DNA of 64,000 bases from Gammaproteobacteria bacterium (GCA_965277055.1 OZ255703.1:1181695-1245694); one strand, 5' to 3'. Counted from the first letter of the stretch, positions 27,107 through 37,044 are shown. Made by a program: numbers and translations. Notes: generated from the letters alone by a model not told the origin.

Positions 27107-29068
27107 ATGCAAAAAAATCCATACCGTTCCATAGAAAAAGGTGATAATCACACATTTAGATTATTCACAGATGATGGTGATGAGCAGCAAACCGTACCAT
27201 GGAATGAGAAAATCTTCCAAAATGATACGTCTCACAAATGTCCTACCTATGTAACACAAACCCCACCATGTCAAGGTTCATGCCCATCTGGACATAATAT
27301 TCGTGGTTGGTTAGATATTGTTCGTGGTATTGAGAAACCAAGTGGTGATATGACCTGGCAAGAATATGCATTCCGTCGTTCTACTGCTGCGAATCCATTC
27401 CCATCTATTATGGGTCGTGTATGCCCAGCTCCATGCGAAGATGGTTGCAATAGAAATGAAGTAGAAGATACTGTAGGTATTAATGCTGTTGAACAATTTA
27501 TTGGTGATAACGCACAAAAAGAAGGGTATACATTTGATGTGCCAAGTACACTAACTGGTAAAAAAGTTGCAGTTATTGGTGGTGGTTGTGGTGGCCTAAC
27601 AGCTGCATTACAACTTCGCCGTAAAGGACATAGTGTAACAGTATTTGAAGCACGTAATGAGCTTGGTGGTATGATGATGTATGGTATTCCTGATTATCGT
27701 GTACCAAGAGATGTGCTCCGTTATGAAATGGATAGAATCCTAGCTACGGGTGTAGAGGCTAAAGTAAATACAAAAGTAGGCGTAGATATTACGTTAGAAG
27801 ATATTGATGCTCAGTTTGATGCAGTATTATTTGCAATTGGTGCATGGACTGGTAGAAGTCTGCCAGTACCACAAGGTGATGCAAAAGGTTGTGTATCTGG
27901 TGTTGCATTCCTTGAGGCGTATGCACAAGGGAGATTAAAGCATATTACTGGTAAAGTAATTTGTATTGGTGGTGGTGATACTTCTATTGACGTGGTATCA
28001 GTCGCACGCCGCCTTGGTAATATTCAAAATCCTGCAGATAAAGATCGCCCAGAACGCATTATTTTTGACGATACTGCACACGATGTAGTAGATACTTCTA
28101 AGCGCCTTGGTGCTGATGTAATGCTTACTACCCGCTCTACAATTGAAAACATGCCTGCAGCTCAAGAAGAAATTGATGATGCAACACGCGAAGGTGTAGA
28201 AATTCGTGGTAACTTAAACCCAATTGAAGTCATTACTGATGAAAATAATCAAGTCACCGCACTTCGTTTTGAGAAGTTAGATGATGAAGGTAATGCTATT
28301 GCAGATTCTGCATTTGATGTAGAGTGTGAGCTTATCGTATCAGCTATTGGTCAAAGCGTGGATGCTGAAGGATTATCAACTGATTTATTTAACGATAGAG
28401 GTTTCATGGATACTGATAAAAATTATCAGTTACCAAAAAAAGAAGGCTATTTTGTGTGTGGTGATGTGATTCGTCCACATTTATTGACTACTGCAATTGG
28501 TCAGGCAACAATTGCTGCTGAAAGTATTCATGATTATTTAGAAGGTAAAGATCAAAAAGTTCGTCCTAAAGTTGACGTACATCACTTTAACTTACTGGAT
28601 AAATTAAAAGAGTGGAATCTTGATCCACAAGCGTATTCAGAAGGTGGTGCACCAGCTGAATCTACAAATGAAGCAAACTTTGCAGTACATAACTATGAAG
28701 ATCGTTCTTTTGCTTCAATCATTTCTCATGATGAGTTATTCTTAGGGCACTTCAACTATGAAGAAAGAAATAAAAGAGATCATAGATTGATTGATGCTGA
28801 TAACGTACTTGATAACTTTGAAGAAAGAATCATCGGATACTCTGCAGAAGATGCACAAGCAGAAGCAGGTAGATGTATGAGTTGTGGCTTATGTTTTGAG
28901 TGTGATAATTGTGTCATGTATTGCCCTCAAGATGCGGTATTCAAAGTGAAGAAAGACCAAGCAACTACAGGTAGATATGTAGATACTGATTATAACAAAT
29001 GTATTGGTTGTCATATCTGTGCTGATGTATGTCCTACTGGATATATTCAAATGGGTCTTGGTGAGTAA
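27107..29068 (+). CDS. dsrL: DsrL, NAD(P)H:acceptor oxidoreductase
   Basis: 653 aa; GltD-like N-terminal Cys clusters, IGGGCGGLTAA and IGGGDTSID dinucleotide folds, C-terminal 2x[4Fe-4S] (CMSCGLCFECDNC, CIGCHICADVCP). Confidence 0.9.
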   Translation: MQKNPYRSIEKGDNHTFRLFTDDGDEQQTVPWNEKIFQNDTSHKCPTYVTQTPPCQGSCPSGHNIRGWLDIVRGIEKPSGDMTWQEYAFRRSTAANPFPSIMGRVCPAPCEDGCNRNEVEDTVGINAVEQFIGDNAQKEGYTFDVPSTLTGKKVAVIGGGCGGLTAALQLRRKGHSVTVFEARNELGGMMMYGIPDYRVPRDVLRYEMDRILATGVEAKVNTKVGVDITLEDIDAQFDAVLFAIGAWTGRSLPVPQGDAKGCVSGVAFLEAYAQGRLKHITGKVICIGGGDTSIDVVSVARRLGNIQNPADKDRPERIIFDDTAHDVVDTSKRLGADVMLTTRSTIENMPAAQEEIDDATREGVEIRGNLNPIEVITDENNQVTALRFEKLDDEGNAIADSAFDVECELIVSAIGQSVDAEGLSTDLFNDRGFMDTDKNYQLPKKEGYFVCGDVIRPHLLTTAIGQATIAAESIHDYLEGKDQKVRPKVDVHHFNLLDKLKEWNLDPQAYSEGGAPAESTNEANFAVHNYEDRSFASIISHDELFLGHFNYEERNKRDHRLIDADNVLDNFEERIIGYSAEDAQAEAGRCMSCGLCFECDNCVMYCPQDAVFKVKKDQATTGRYVDTDYNKCIGCHICADVCPTGYIQMGLGE

Positions 29069-29085
29069 ATGAGGTTAGGATAGTT

Positions 29086-29529
29086 ATGCTTACGATGTTT
29101 CCACATAATTTTGTAAAACGTTTTGCGATACTCGTTATGATGATACTATCATTACAATTGACTGCAGCAGAATCTTCTAACAATCATTCACATATGGAAT
29201 TTACGACTAAAGCCAAAGAAATGATGGATAGAGGCGAAACATATCATAAAGATGTTAGTGAAATTCGTAAGATGCATCCTGATTTTATGAATCATAAACG
29301 TGATAAAACACATCGCCAAGGAGTGCGTACTACTGAGTATTCATTAAAGGGCTGTGTAAATTGTCATGGTGGATTTGATAAGGCTACTGGTAATGCGATT
29401 CGTATTGATGAAAAGCATCAATTTTGTGCAGATTGCCACAAGCAAGTAGGAGTCACTATGGATTGCTTTACTTGTCATAAAGCAACACCGAGAAGTGATT
29501 ATCAAATTCCAGCTAACACAGGGTATTAA
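29086..29529 (+). CDS. dsrJ: DsrJ, trihaem cytochrome c
   Basis: 147 aa; N-terminal signal/anchor; three CxxCH sites (CVNCH, CADCH, CFTCH). Confidence 0.87.
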   Translation: MLTMFPHNFVKRFAILVMMILSLQLTAAESSNNHSHMEFTTKAKEMMDRGETYHKDVSEIRKMHPDFMNHKRDKTHRQGVRTTEYSLKGCVNCHGGFDKATGNAIRIDEKHQFCADCHKQVGVTMDCFTCHKATPRSDYQIPANTGY

Positions 29530-29531
29530 TA

Positions 29532-30239
29532 ATGAGTATGAATCGCCGTGATTTTATAAAGTCTTCAGCTATTACTACTACTATAGTAGCGAGTGGTATT
29601 TCTTTAAACACATTTGCAAATTCTCAGCCAGTAACCAGTAAACAACGCTGGGGAATGCTTGTTGATATTAACAAGCTTGATTCTGCTCGTGTAGACACTA
29701 TGATTGCCGCCTGCAAAACTGAGCATGGTTGGGGCAATGAAGAAAAATCCAATACACTACAACAAGCAAGTTGGATAAAGTCTGTAACGGTGCGTGACAC
29801 TACAACGGGTAAAGAGGATACCTTACCACTTATGTGCCAGCATTGTGCAGAGCCACCGTGTGTAGATGTTTGCCCTACAAATGCTTCTATGAAGCGTGAA
29901 GACGGGATTGTGCTTGTTGATAAACATCGTTGTATTGGTTGCAGATATTGCATGATGGCGTGTCCATATGATGCGCGTTCATTTGTGCATGAAACAATCA
30001 CCAATCAAACAGAAAATACCCCACGTGGTAAAGGTACTGTGGAAAGTTGCACCATGTGTGTACACAAAGTAGATAATGGTGAAGCTCCTGCGTGTGTAGC
30101 AGCGAGTGGTGGTGCGGTAATTTTTGGTGACTTAAATGATACCAACAGTGAAATTAGCAAGAGTCTAAGAAGTATCCAAAGTACCCAAATTAGAGCAGAC
30201 CTCAATTTAAATACTGGCGTGCGTTATAGCGGAATTTAA
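29532..30239 (+). CDS. dsrO: DsrO, periplasmic ferredoxin-like subunit
   Basis: 235 aa; Tat signal NRRDFIKSS; [14 protein letters not shown] and [12 protein letters not shown] clusters. Confidence 0.88.
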   Translation: MSMNRRDFIKSSAITTTIVASGISLNTFANSQPVTSKQRWGMLVDINKLDSARVDTMIAACKTEHGWGNEEKSNTLQQASWIKSVTVRDTTTGKEDTLPLMCQHCAEPPCVDVCPTNASMKREDGIVLVDKHRCIGCRYCMMACPYDARSFVHETITNQTENTPRGKGTVESCTMCVHKVDNGEAPACVAASGGAVIFGDLNDTNSEISKSLRSIQSTQIRADLNLNTGVRYSGI

Positions 30240-30241
30240 AC

Positions 30242-31438
30242 ATGAATACAAATATAATTAAATATAGACAAGTAGAAGGCAACTTCGGGTTATTTTTAAC
30301 TATTGCTGTCATGCTTGGAACAGTTATCCTTGCTTCTATGGGTGCAGTGTATTATATGGAACATAATGGGCATTATGTTACTGGAATGAATAATCGTATC
30401 GTTTGGGGCATGCCACATGTATTTGCTATTTTTTTGATTGTTGCTGCGAGTGGTGCACTTAATGTGGCGTCAATCTCATCTGTTTTTAATAAAACATATT
30501 ATAAACCACTTGCTCGTTTTTCAGCAGTTCTAGCAATTACCCTACTAGCAGGCGGCTTGATGATCTTAGTGCTTGATTTAGGTAGGCCCGATAGACTCAC
30601 CGTTGCAATGACTGAATATAACTTTAATTCTATTTTTGCGTGGAATATTATTCTTTATAATGGATTCTTCGCGATTGTCCTGATTTATTTATGGATGATG
30701 CTGGAGCATAAAATGAATAAGTATACCAAAATTGCAGGTACTGCTGCTTTTGTTTGGCGTATTATCTTAACTACTGGTACTGGTTCTATCTTTGGTTTTT
30801 TAGTTGCGCGTCAAGCGTATGATGCGATTATCATGGCACCAATGTTTATTATTATGTCATTTGCTTTTGGCTTAGCTATTTATATCCTAATGCTCATGCT
30901 GAGCTATAAAATGACAGCGCGCGAATTAGGTGATGAAATCTTATACCGCTTGGGTAATTTACTCGGTATTTTTATTGCGAGCATCTTCTACTTTGTGGCA
31001 GTATATCACGTAGGTAACCTCTATCTTGCTGAAAACCAAGGCGTAGAAAATTTTATATTATTTGGTGATAATTCATATAGTACTATTTTTTGGATAGGGC
31101 AAATCTTAATTGGCACACTATTACCGCTTGCTCTTATATATGCACCAAGTACTCATAGAAAAATTATGCCACTTGTAGTTGCGAGTATTTTGACTATTGT
31201 TGGTGGATTAGCCGCACTTTATGTTATTATCATTGGCGGTCAAGCATATCCATTAGAAATATTTTCTGGTAAAGAAATTCTTTCAGGATATGGCGGGGTT
31301 ATTGAATACACTCCAACACTAGCTGAAATTATGCTTGGCATTGGTGGTATATGTGTTTCTGTTATTGCAACATTTTTTATTATCAGAATATTACCAATTC
31401 TACCTGAAAATTTAAGTAATAAACTAATTACCAAATAA
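30242..31438 (+). CDS. dsrP: DsrP, NrfD/PsrC-like integral membrane subunit
   Basis: 398 aa, about 10 hydrophobic helices, directly after dsrO. Confidence 0.85.
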   Translation: MNTNIIKYRQVEGNFGLFLTIAVMLGTVILASMGAVYYMEHNGHYVTGMNNRIVWGMPHVFAIFLIVAASGALNVASISSVFNKTYYKPLARFSAVLAITLLAGGLMILVLDLGRPDRLTVAMTEYNFNSIFAWNIILYNGFFAIVLIYLWMMLEHKMNKYTKIAGTAAFVWRIILTTGTGSIFGFLVARQAYDAIIMAPMFIIMSFAFGLAIYILMLMLSYKMTARELGDEILYRLGNLLGIFIASIFYFVAVYHVGNLYLAENQGVENFILFGDNSYSTIFWIGQILIGTLLPLALIYAPSTHRKIMPLVVASILTIVGGLAALYVIIIGGQAYPLEIFSGKEILSGYGGVIEYTPTLAEIMLGIGGICVSVIATFFIIRILPILPENLSNKLITK

Positions 31439-31487
31439 AAAAAGTGTATAATAGTTTCATTTTTAAATCTTTCACAAGGACATTCTT

Positions 31488-32405
31488 ATGAAAAAATTAG
31501 TATTATTAACAGGTAGTGTGCTACTTGCTGCTAATGTCGTTGCTCATCAAATTAAGGATGATGCTAAAGACAGTAGTTGGAATTGGAATAACACTCACGC
31601 TCACACTCATGAAGAAATGGCAAAATCTGTAGAATCATCTACTACTCCAGCACCAATTAGAGGTATGCAAGCTCTTGATGCTATTGCCAAAGTTGGTGAG
31701 TGCTACACTCCAGCGTATGTGGAGCCATCTTGCTCAAAAGGCATGAAAAAAGTTATTGTTGAGCCATATAAAGAAGTAACTGAAGTAGTTCCTGCGGTTA
31801 CTAAGCAAGTAGAAGAAAAAGTTCTTATTTCTGAAGAAAGAGTTGTAGAAGAAGTAGTTCCTGCCTTATATGAAAATGTAAGTAAAAAAGTAATGATTTC
31901 TCCTGAAAGAACAGTTTGGAAAAAAGGTAACTTCACTGCTACCACTAAGCAAATAAATGGTGAAACATATTGTTTAGTTACAGAGCCTGCAGTATATGAA
32001 ACAAAAGTTGAAAAAGTACTGAGAGTACCTGCTTCAACTACTACTAGAACCATTCCTGCGGTATATAAAACATATATGAAAACTGTAGAAGTAACTCCAG
32101 CAACTACTAAAGTTGTGAAAAGAATCCCCGCGGTGTACAAACAAGTTTCTGCTTGTGTAGATAATCAACCAGGTTATTATGAGTGGAGAAGCGTACTATG
32201 TGAGCAAAATGCTACAAAATCAATTCTTCGTTCTGTTGAGGAAAAACTAGCTGATGGTAATTTCTTACCTAAAGTAGCTGTTGATGGTGTTATTAATGAC
32301 AGAACTACTGAAGCACTTAAATCATACCAAAGAGCTAAAGGCTTAAAAGTTGATGGGTTAGTAAGCATTGACACTGTTAAATCATTAGGCGTATCTTACA
32401 AATAA
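31488..32405 (+). CDS. secreted PAxY-repeat protein with C-terminal peptidoglycan-binding domain
   Basis: Signal peptide MKKLVLLTGSVLLAANVVA. About 8 copies of a PA(V/L)Y..V...V motif. The C-terminus VDGVINDRTTEALKSYQRAKGLKVDGLVSIDTVKSLG is PG_binding_1-like. Confidence 0.7.
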   Translation: MKKLVLLTGSVLLAANVVAHQIKDDAKDSSWNWNNTHAHTHEEMAKSVESSTTPAPIRGMQALDAIAKVGECYTPAYVEPSCSKGMKKVIVEPYKEVTEVVPAVTKQVEEKVLISEERVVEEVVPALYENVSKKVMISPERTVWKKGNFTATTKQINGETYCLVTEPAVYETKVEKVLRVPASTTTRTIPAVYKTYMKTVEVTPATTKVVKRIPAVYKQVSACVDNQPGYYEWRSVLCEQNATKSILRSVEEKLADGNFLPKVAVDGVINDRTTEALKSYQRAKGLKVDGLVSIDTVKSLGVSYK

Positions 32406-32422
32406 GAAAGTTAATGATTATG

Positions 32423-32450
32423 AAAAAAGGGGTCTTCGGACCTCTTTTTT
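32423..32450 (+). terminator. rho-independent terminator
   Basis: aggggtc-ttcg-gacctct stem-loop followed by tttttt. It is the first canonical terminator downstream of dsrA. Confidence 0.7.
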
Positions 32451-32543
32451 AATGTCTAATGAAAAATAACTCGTATCGGGTATTTTCTTTTTACGGGTGA
32501 TAGCATACAATACCACCTTTATATTTATAAACCCTTTGATAGT

Positions 32544-35129
32544 ATGAAAACTGCAGTTATCCGGCAAAAATTCCTAGATTACTTTGCATCCCAAGGGCAT
32601 GCCATCGAAGCAAGTAGCTCACTTATTCCGCACAATGACAAAACCTTGTTATTTACCAACTCTGGCATGGTACCATTTAAGGATGTATTTAGCGGTGTCG
32701 AAAAGCGAGACTATACTCGTGCCGCCAGTTGTCAGCGTTGTATTCGTGCAGGTGGCAAGCATAATGACTTAGAAAATGTAGGATATACTGCTAGACACCA
32801 TACCTTTTTTGAAATGCTGGGTAATTTCTCATTTGGTGATTACTTTAAGGAAGAGGCAATTACCTTTGCCTGGGAATTTCTCACGCAAGAGCTTAAACTT
32901 CCCAAAGAAAAACTATGGGTTAGTGTCTACGAAGATGATGACGAAGCAGAAGACATATGGGTAAATGTTATTGGTTTTCCACGCAGTCGCATTTCACGCT
33001 GTGGTGCTAAAGATAATTTTTGGCAAATGGGTGATACTGGCCCATGTGGACCATGTAGTGAAATCTTTTACGATCATGGTGAGCATATTGCTGGCGGTCC
33101 ACCAGGTACCGCTGATGAAGATGGAGATAGATACATTGAAATATGGAATCTTGTATTTACGCAATTTGATAAGCAAGAAGATGGCTATCTTAAACCGTTA
33201 GCCAAACCATGTGTAGATACTGGTATGGGCTTGGAGCGCATTTCTGCTATTATGCAAAATGTCCATAATAACTATGATATTGATACCTTTATAGAGTTAT
33301 GCAAAAAAATTGTCACATTTACTCCCAAAGCAGCAGCTATTGCATATAGTCACTCATCAGTACGCGTAATTGCAGATCATATTCGTTCTGTTAGCTTCTT
33401 AATTTCTGATGGTGTGTTACCCTCAAATGAAGGCAGAGGGTATGTACTCAGACGTATTATGCGTAGAGCACTTAGACATGGATATAAATTAGGTATTGAT
33501 ACATCATTTTTCTATTTACTCAGTTCAATCTTAGCCTATCAAAATAAAGATGCATATCCAGAGCTTCAACTTAATCTGGCACTGGTAGAAAAAACCATTA
33601 AAACTGAAGAAGAAAAATTTGCTCGCACATTAGAAAGTGGGATGCATATTCTAGAAACAGAAATTGCGCAGATGCAATCTACTACTTTGAGCGGTGATAT
33701 TGTATTCAAACTTTATGACACGTATGGTTTCCCATATGACCTTACAGCGGATATTGCTCGTGAGCAAAGCCTAAGTATAGACGAAGATGGATTTAACGCA
33801 AATATGGAAGCTCAGCGTGCAAGAGCCCGTAGTGCCAATGATTTCAAAGCTGATGATAGTGTTTTAGTAGAAAGTGTTACCGAATTTAAAGGCTACACTT
33901 CTGCAGAACTTACTTCTACTATCGTAGCCATTATTGTTAATAACCAAGTAGTGTCAACAGCAACTGATACCGATGCAATTGTGATCTTAGAATCCACCCC
34001 ATTTTATGCTGAAAGTGGTGGTCAAGTTGGTGATACTGGCACACTTACCACATCAAATGCATCATTTACCGTAGTAAATACCTTAAAGCAAAAAACCAAT
34101 GCGTTTATGCATTTTGGCTCTTTGAGTGGAACACTAAGTGTAGGTGATGAAGTAACCGCAGTTATCGATACGATAAAACGTAACCAAACAAAACGCAATC
34201 ACTCGGCAACGCATTTATTGCACGCAGCACTGCGCCAAGTACTCGGGGAAACAGTCACTCAAAAAGGCTCATTAGTTGATCATGAAAAACTTCGTTTTGA
34301 TTTCTCTCATGATAGTGCTATTACTGCAGCTGAGCTAGATGAAATAGAAGCCATTGTTAATGAAAAGATTTTAGAAAATACCAGCACTCATACCAAAATC
34401 ATGAATATTGAAGCAGCCAAAAAGTCAGGAGCAATGGCTCTTTTTGGCGAGAAGTATGATGATGATGTGCGCGTACTTACTATGGGAAGTGATAATTTTT
34501 CTATTGAGCTTTGTGGTGGGACGCATGTAGAACGCTTAGGTGATATTGGGGTGATGCGTATTATCAGCGAGTATTCGGTATCAGCAGGAGTGAGAAGAAT
34601 AGAAGCAATTACTGGCAATAATGCATATGCCTATGATCGAAGCAATGCTAACACTCTTGCGAGCTTGACTACGCTATTAAAATCTACTGATATACACGCC
34701 AAAGTAGAAGGCTTGATGAATACTCAGAAAACATTGCAAAAAGAGATTGACGCATTAAAACGTAAACTAAGTTCTTCCCTTGCAGATGAACTCGTCAGCA
34801 TAGCAAAAGAGTATAACGGTATTAAAGTACTTTCACAGGTGATTACTGATGAATCTGTGAAAGACTTGAAAGACTTAGTCGATACATTAAAAGTCAGCCT
34901 AAAATCTGCAGTTATTATTTTAGCAAAACCCACAGGTGATAAAGCTACCTTGGTAGCAGGAGTTACCAAAGACTTAACAGATACCTATCATGCAGGAAAT
35001 ATTCTTAATGGTGTAGCATCTCAGCTAGAGGGTAAGGGCGGCGGTCGCCCAGATATGGCGCAAGGTGGGGGCAAAAACACGACTGAATTACCACATATCA
35101 TGGCAAGTGTCTATGATCAATTTACCTAA
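32544..35129 (+). CDS. alaS: alanine--tRNA ligase
   Basis: 861 aa; FTNSGMVPFK, editing-domain HxxxH (HSATHLLH) and C-terminal DHHA1 GGG motifs. Confidence 0.95.
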   Translation: MKTAVIRQKFLDYFASQGHAIEASSSLIPHNDKTLLFTNSGMVPFKDVFSGVEKRDYTRAASCQRCIRAGGKHNDLENVGYTARHHTFFEMLGNFSFGDYFKEEAITFAWEFLTQELKLPKEKLWVSVYEDDDEAEDIWVNVIGFPRSRISRCGAKDNFWQMGDTGPCGPCSEIFYDHGEHIAGGPPGTADEDGDRYIEIWNLVFTQFDKQEDGYLKPLAKPCVDTGMGLERISAIMQNVHNNYDIDTFIELCKKIVTFTPKAAAIAYSHSSVRVIADHIRSVSFLISDGVLPSNEGRGYVLRRIMRRALRHGYKLGIDTSFFYLLSSILAYQNKDAYPELQLNLALVEKTIKTEEEKFARTLESGMHILETEIAQMQSTTLSGDIVFKLYDTYGFPYDLTADIAREQSLSIDEDGFNANMEAQRARARSANDFKADDSVLVESVTEFKGYTSAELTSTIVAIIVNNQVVSTATDTDAIVILESTPFYAESGGQVGDTGTLTTSNASFTVVNTLKQKTNAFMHFGSLSGTLSVGDEVTAVIDTIKRNQTKRNHSATHLLHAALRQVLGETVTQKGSLVDHEKLRFDFSHDSAITAAELDEIEAIVNEKILENTSTHTKIMNIEAAKKSGAMALFGEKYDDDVRVLTMGSDNFSIELCGGTHVERLGDIGVMRIISEYSVSAGVRRIEAITGNNAYAYDRSNANTLASLTTLLKSTDIHAKVEGLMNTQKTLQKEIDALKRKLSSSLADELVSIAKEYNGIKVLSQVITDESVKDLKDLVDTLKVSLKSAVIILAKPTGDKATLVAGVTKDLTDTYHAGNILNGVASQLEGKGGGRPDMAQGGGKNTTELPHIMASVYDQFT

Positions 35130-35142
35130 TGTAATTAACCCA

Positions 35143-35412
35143 ATGACTGTAGAAGAATTTGTAAGCACCTATGAGGGCTGGGAGGTTGTCACCCATCATA
35201 CTTCTCAAGCACTGCATAAGCAATTTAGCCATGCAAACTTTAGTGAGGCCTTTGCCTTTATGATGAGGGTTGCACGTATTGCTGAGCAGTTAAACCATCA
35301 TCCAAATTGGAGTAATGTGTATAACACTGTAGATATTGCATTATTCACGCATGAGCAAGATGCAATCACAGAACTAGATATTGAATTTGCCCAAAGAGTA
35401 GAAGCATTATAA
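35143..35412 (+). CDS. phhB: pterin-4-alpha-carbinolamine dehydratase
   Basis: ANFSEAFAFMMRVARIAEQLNHHPNWSNVYNTVDIALFTHE is the PCD signature. The start could also be 35113, which overlaps alaS. Confidence 0.8.
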   Translation: MTVEEFVSTYEGWEVVTHHTSQALHKQFSHANFSEAFAFMMRVARIAEQLNHHPNWSNVYNTVDIALFTHEQDAITELDIEFAQRVEAL

Positions 35413-35503
35413 TTACTTTACAATAAACCTTTATACAACCACAAAAAAACCTACATTACAGGGCTTTTTATGTAGTATATGAGTTACATACAACACATAA
35501 CTT

Positions 35504-35836
35504 ATGCGGACTTATCCCAAGGTAACACTTAAATACACCAAACCCTTATATACATTGGGTCAGCATATCAAACAGAGAAGAGCTAAACAAAAAATATCAC
35601 AGCCAACACTTGCTAAAAGATTTGGCGTAAATACTGCAACAATTTGTCAGTGAGAAAATGATAACATCAAAAACATCCCACCAAAATATTACCCACTACT
35701 TGCTGAGTTTTTAGGATTTTGTTTTATAGGTGATATGACTCCAGCAACATTACAAAAAGCAAAAAGACTTTATCAAGGACTTAGTCAAAAGGAATATGCT
35801 AAACTGATTGGTAAAAGTAGTAGAGATGTTTGGTAA
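35504..35836 (+). pseudogene. XRE-family HTH regulator interrupted by an in-frame TGA
   Basis: The frame reads ...LGQHIKQRRAKQKISQPTLAKRFGVNTATICQ*ENDNIKNIPPKYYPLLAEFLGF...LSQKEYAKLIGKSSRDVW. The stop at 35651-35653 sits where HTH_3 proteins have the conserved Trp (xWExG). Confidence 0.55.
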
Positions 35837-35857
35837 CTTTATTAAGCACAGAATACT

Positions 35858-36333
35858 TTACTGCTTAGACATTATATGTGTCTTTATATCAAGAAAACAT
35901 TGTTTATAGGCAGTCGTAGTAATGCTACCATTACGATAACTTGCTACTGCACCATCTGAGCTAATTATAAGGTAGTAATTATCAGGAATTTCTTCGCAAA
36001 TTATGAAGTCTACATTATTAAACGTATCAACAAGAGAGCAATTATCCTTTTTACGAATCAAGTCACTTGTCGCACTTTCTTTAAATTTCCAATCCCCTTC
36101 GTAATTACGCTGTTTTAAGGAAGAACACACCCCAGAAGAAGATAAGCTATGTAAGACAATATTTTTAAAGTTACTACCTTTTTTATTTTAGTGTCCAATC
36201 TAGTAACATCATGGATTTTGTATCCTGCAATATCAGCAATTTTATTACCCTTATTGTAATTAATCTTTGTATTCTGGTAATTTCCACAACTAATTAAAAA
36301 AGATACCAGTGTTAGTACAAAAAGTTTATACAT
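35858..36333 (-). pseudogene. lipoprotein gene apparently split by a frameshift
   Basis: The N-terminal ORF (ATG 36333) has the lipobox MYKLFVLTLVSFLISC. It ends at 36115 while a second ORF in another frame continues from 36130 to 35858. The frames overlap at a GGGG run (plus strand cccc, 36130-36133). Confidence 0.4.
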
Positions 36334-36436
36334 AGTAATTTTCAAAAAATAGCTGTTATCTATTATACTTGAATTTCTTATTTGCAAAATATTTCAGGTT
36401 ATTGAATTATTTGGAGGGTGGAAAAATACGAACGGA

Positions 36437-36712
36437 TTAAATAATTTCCACTTTAACTTCTTTACCCATCGCATGAGCAAAGTTTTGCAAAGTAGAGAGT
36501 TTAATATCCACAGCATGATTCTCAATTCTTGAAATTGAGGATTTTTTAGTACCTAACTTCTCGGCAATATACTCTTGAGTAAAACCTAACTCCTTTCTTG
36601 TTTGTTTAAATAACTCGCCAATTTTAAATTCTTGATAGCCATCATCAAAATTGTTAGCAAACTCTGTATCTGTGCTTTTTCTTTTATTAATGTATTTTTG
36701 TAAATCACTCAT
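36437..36712 (-). CDS. HigA-like XRE antitoxin
   Basis: 91 aa; [27 protein letters not shown]; GGAG RBS; 4-nt overlap with the upstream toxin gene. Confidence 0.8.
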   Translation of the reverse strand: MSDLQKYINKRKSTDTEFANNFDDGYQEFKIGELFKQTRKELGFTQEYIAEKLGTKKSSISRIENHAVDIKLSTLQNFAHAMGKEVKVEII

Positions 36713-37044
36713 GTTAAATACTCCTTTTTTCTTTTAATGGCTAAGCCTATTTCAGACTTCAGCACTTTTTGATCTTTCTTTTTAAAGCCATTAGTCAATA
36801 CCACAAATTTATCTTTATGCTCAAAACCTAAAAGCCTAAAACTATTATTACCAAGACTAATCCTTACTTCAATAATATCATCTGCATTTTTAAGTTTCTT
36901 GTAATATTTACTTGAAACATTATCTAAATCTTCTATCAGTTTTAGCACCCAAAGAACCTTTTGAGCCTCTTTGGATGATAAACTATCCAAAAAATCCTCT
37001 ACTGGTGATTTGTTATTAAGCCGATAGAAGATAATTTCTTTCAG
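36709..37044 (-). CDS. HigB/Gp49-like (RelE/ParE superfamily) toxin lacking an ATG start
   Basis: (L)[39 protein letters not shown]...[25 protein letters not shown] matches the Gp49/DUF891 pattern. The homologous N-terminus begins at CTG 37044, immediately after an in-frame TAA. The track calls a TTG at 36990. Confidence 0.7.
   Translation of the reverse strand: MKEIIFYRLNNKSPVEDFLDSLSSKEAQKVLWVLKLIEDLDNVSSKYYKKLKNADDIIEVRISLGNNSFRLLGFEHKDKFVVLTNGFKKKDQKVLKSEIGLAIKRKKEYLT

Noticed and set aside
31703-32140. 145-aa minus-strand ORF with its own repetitive sequence
   Set aside because: A mirror image of the PAxY repeat region of the plus-strand gene. The periodic codons keep the antisense frame open.
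35651-35653. Possibility that TGA encodes Trp (code 4) because it replaces a conserved Trp
   Set aside because: Several well-supported genes in the window terminate on TGA (ccmA, the exonuclease and the LldD-like gene in ATGA overlaps). A nonsense mutation is the simpler explanation.
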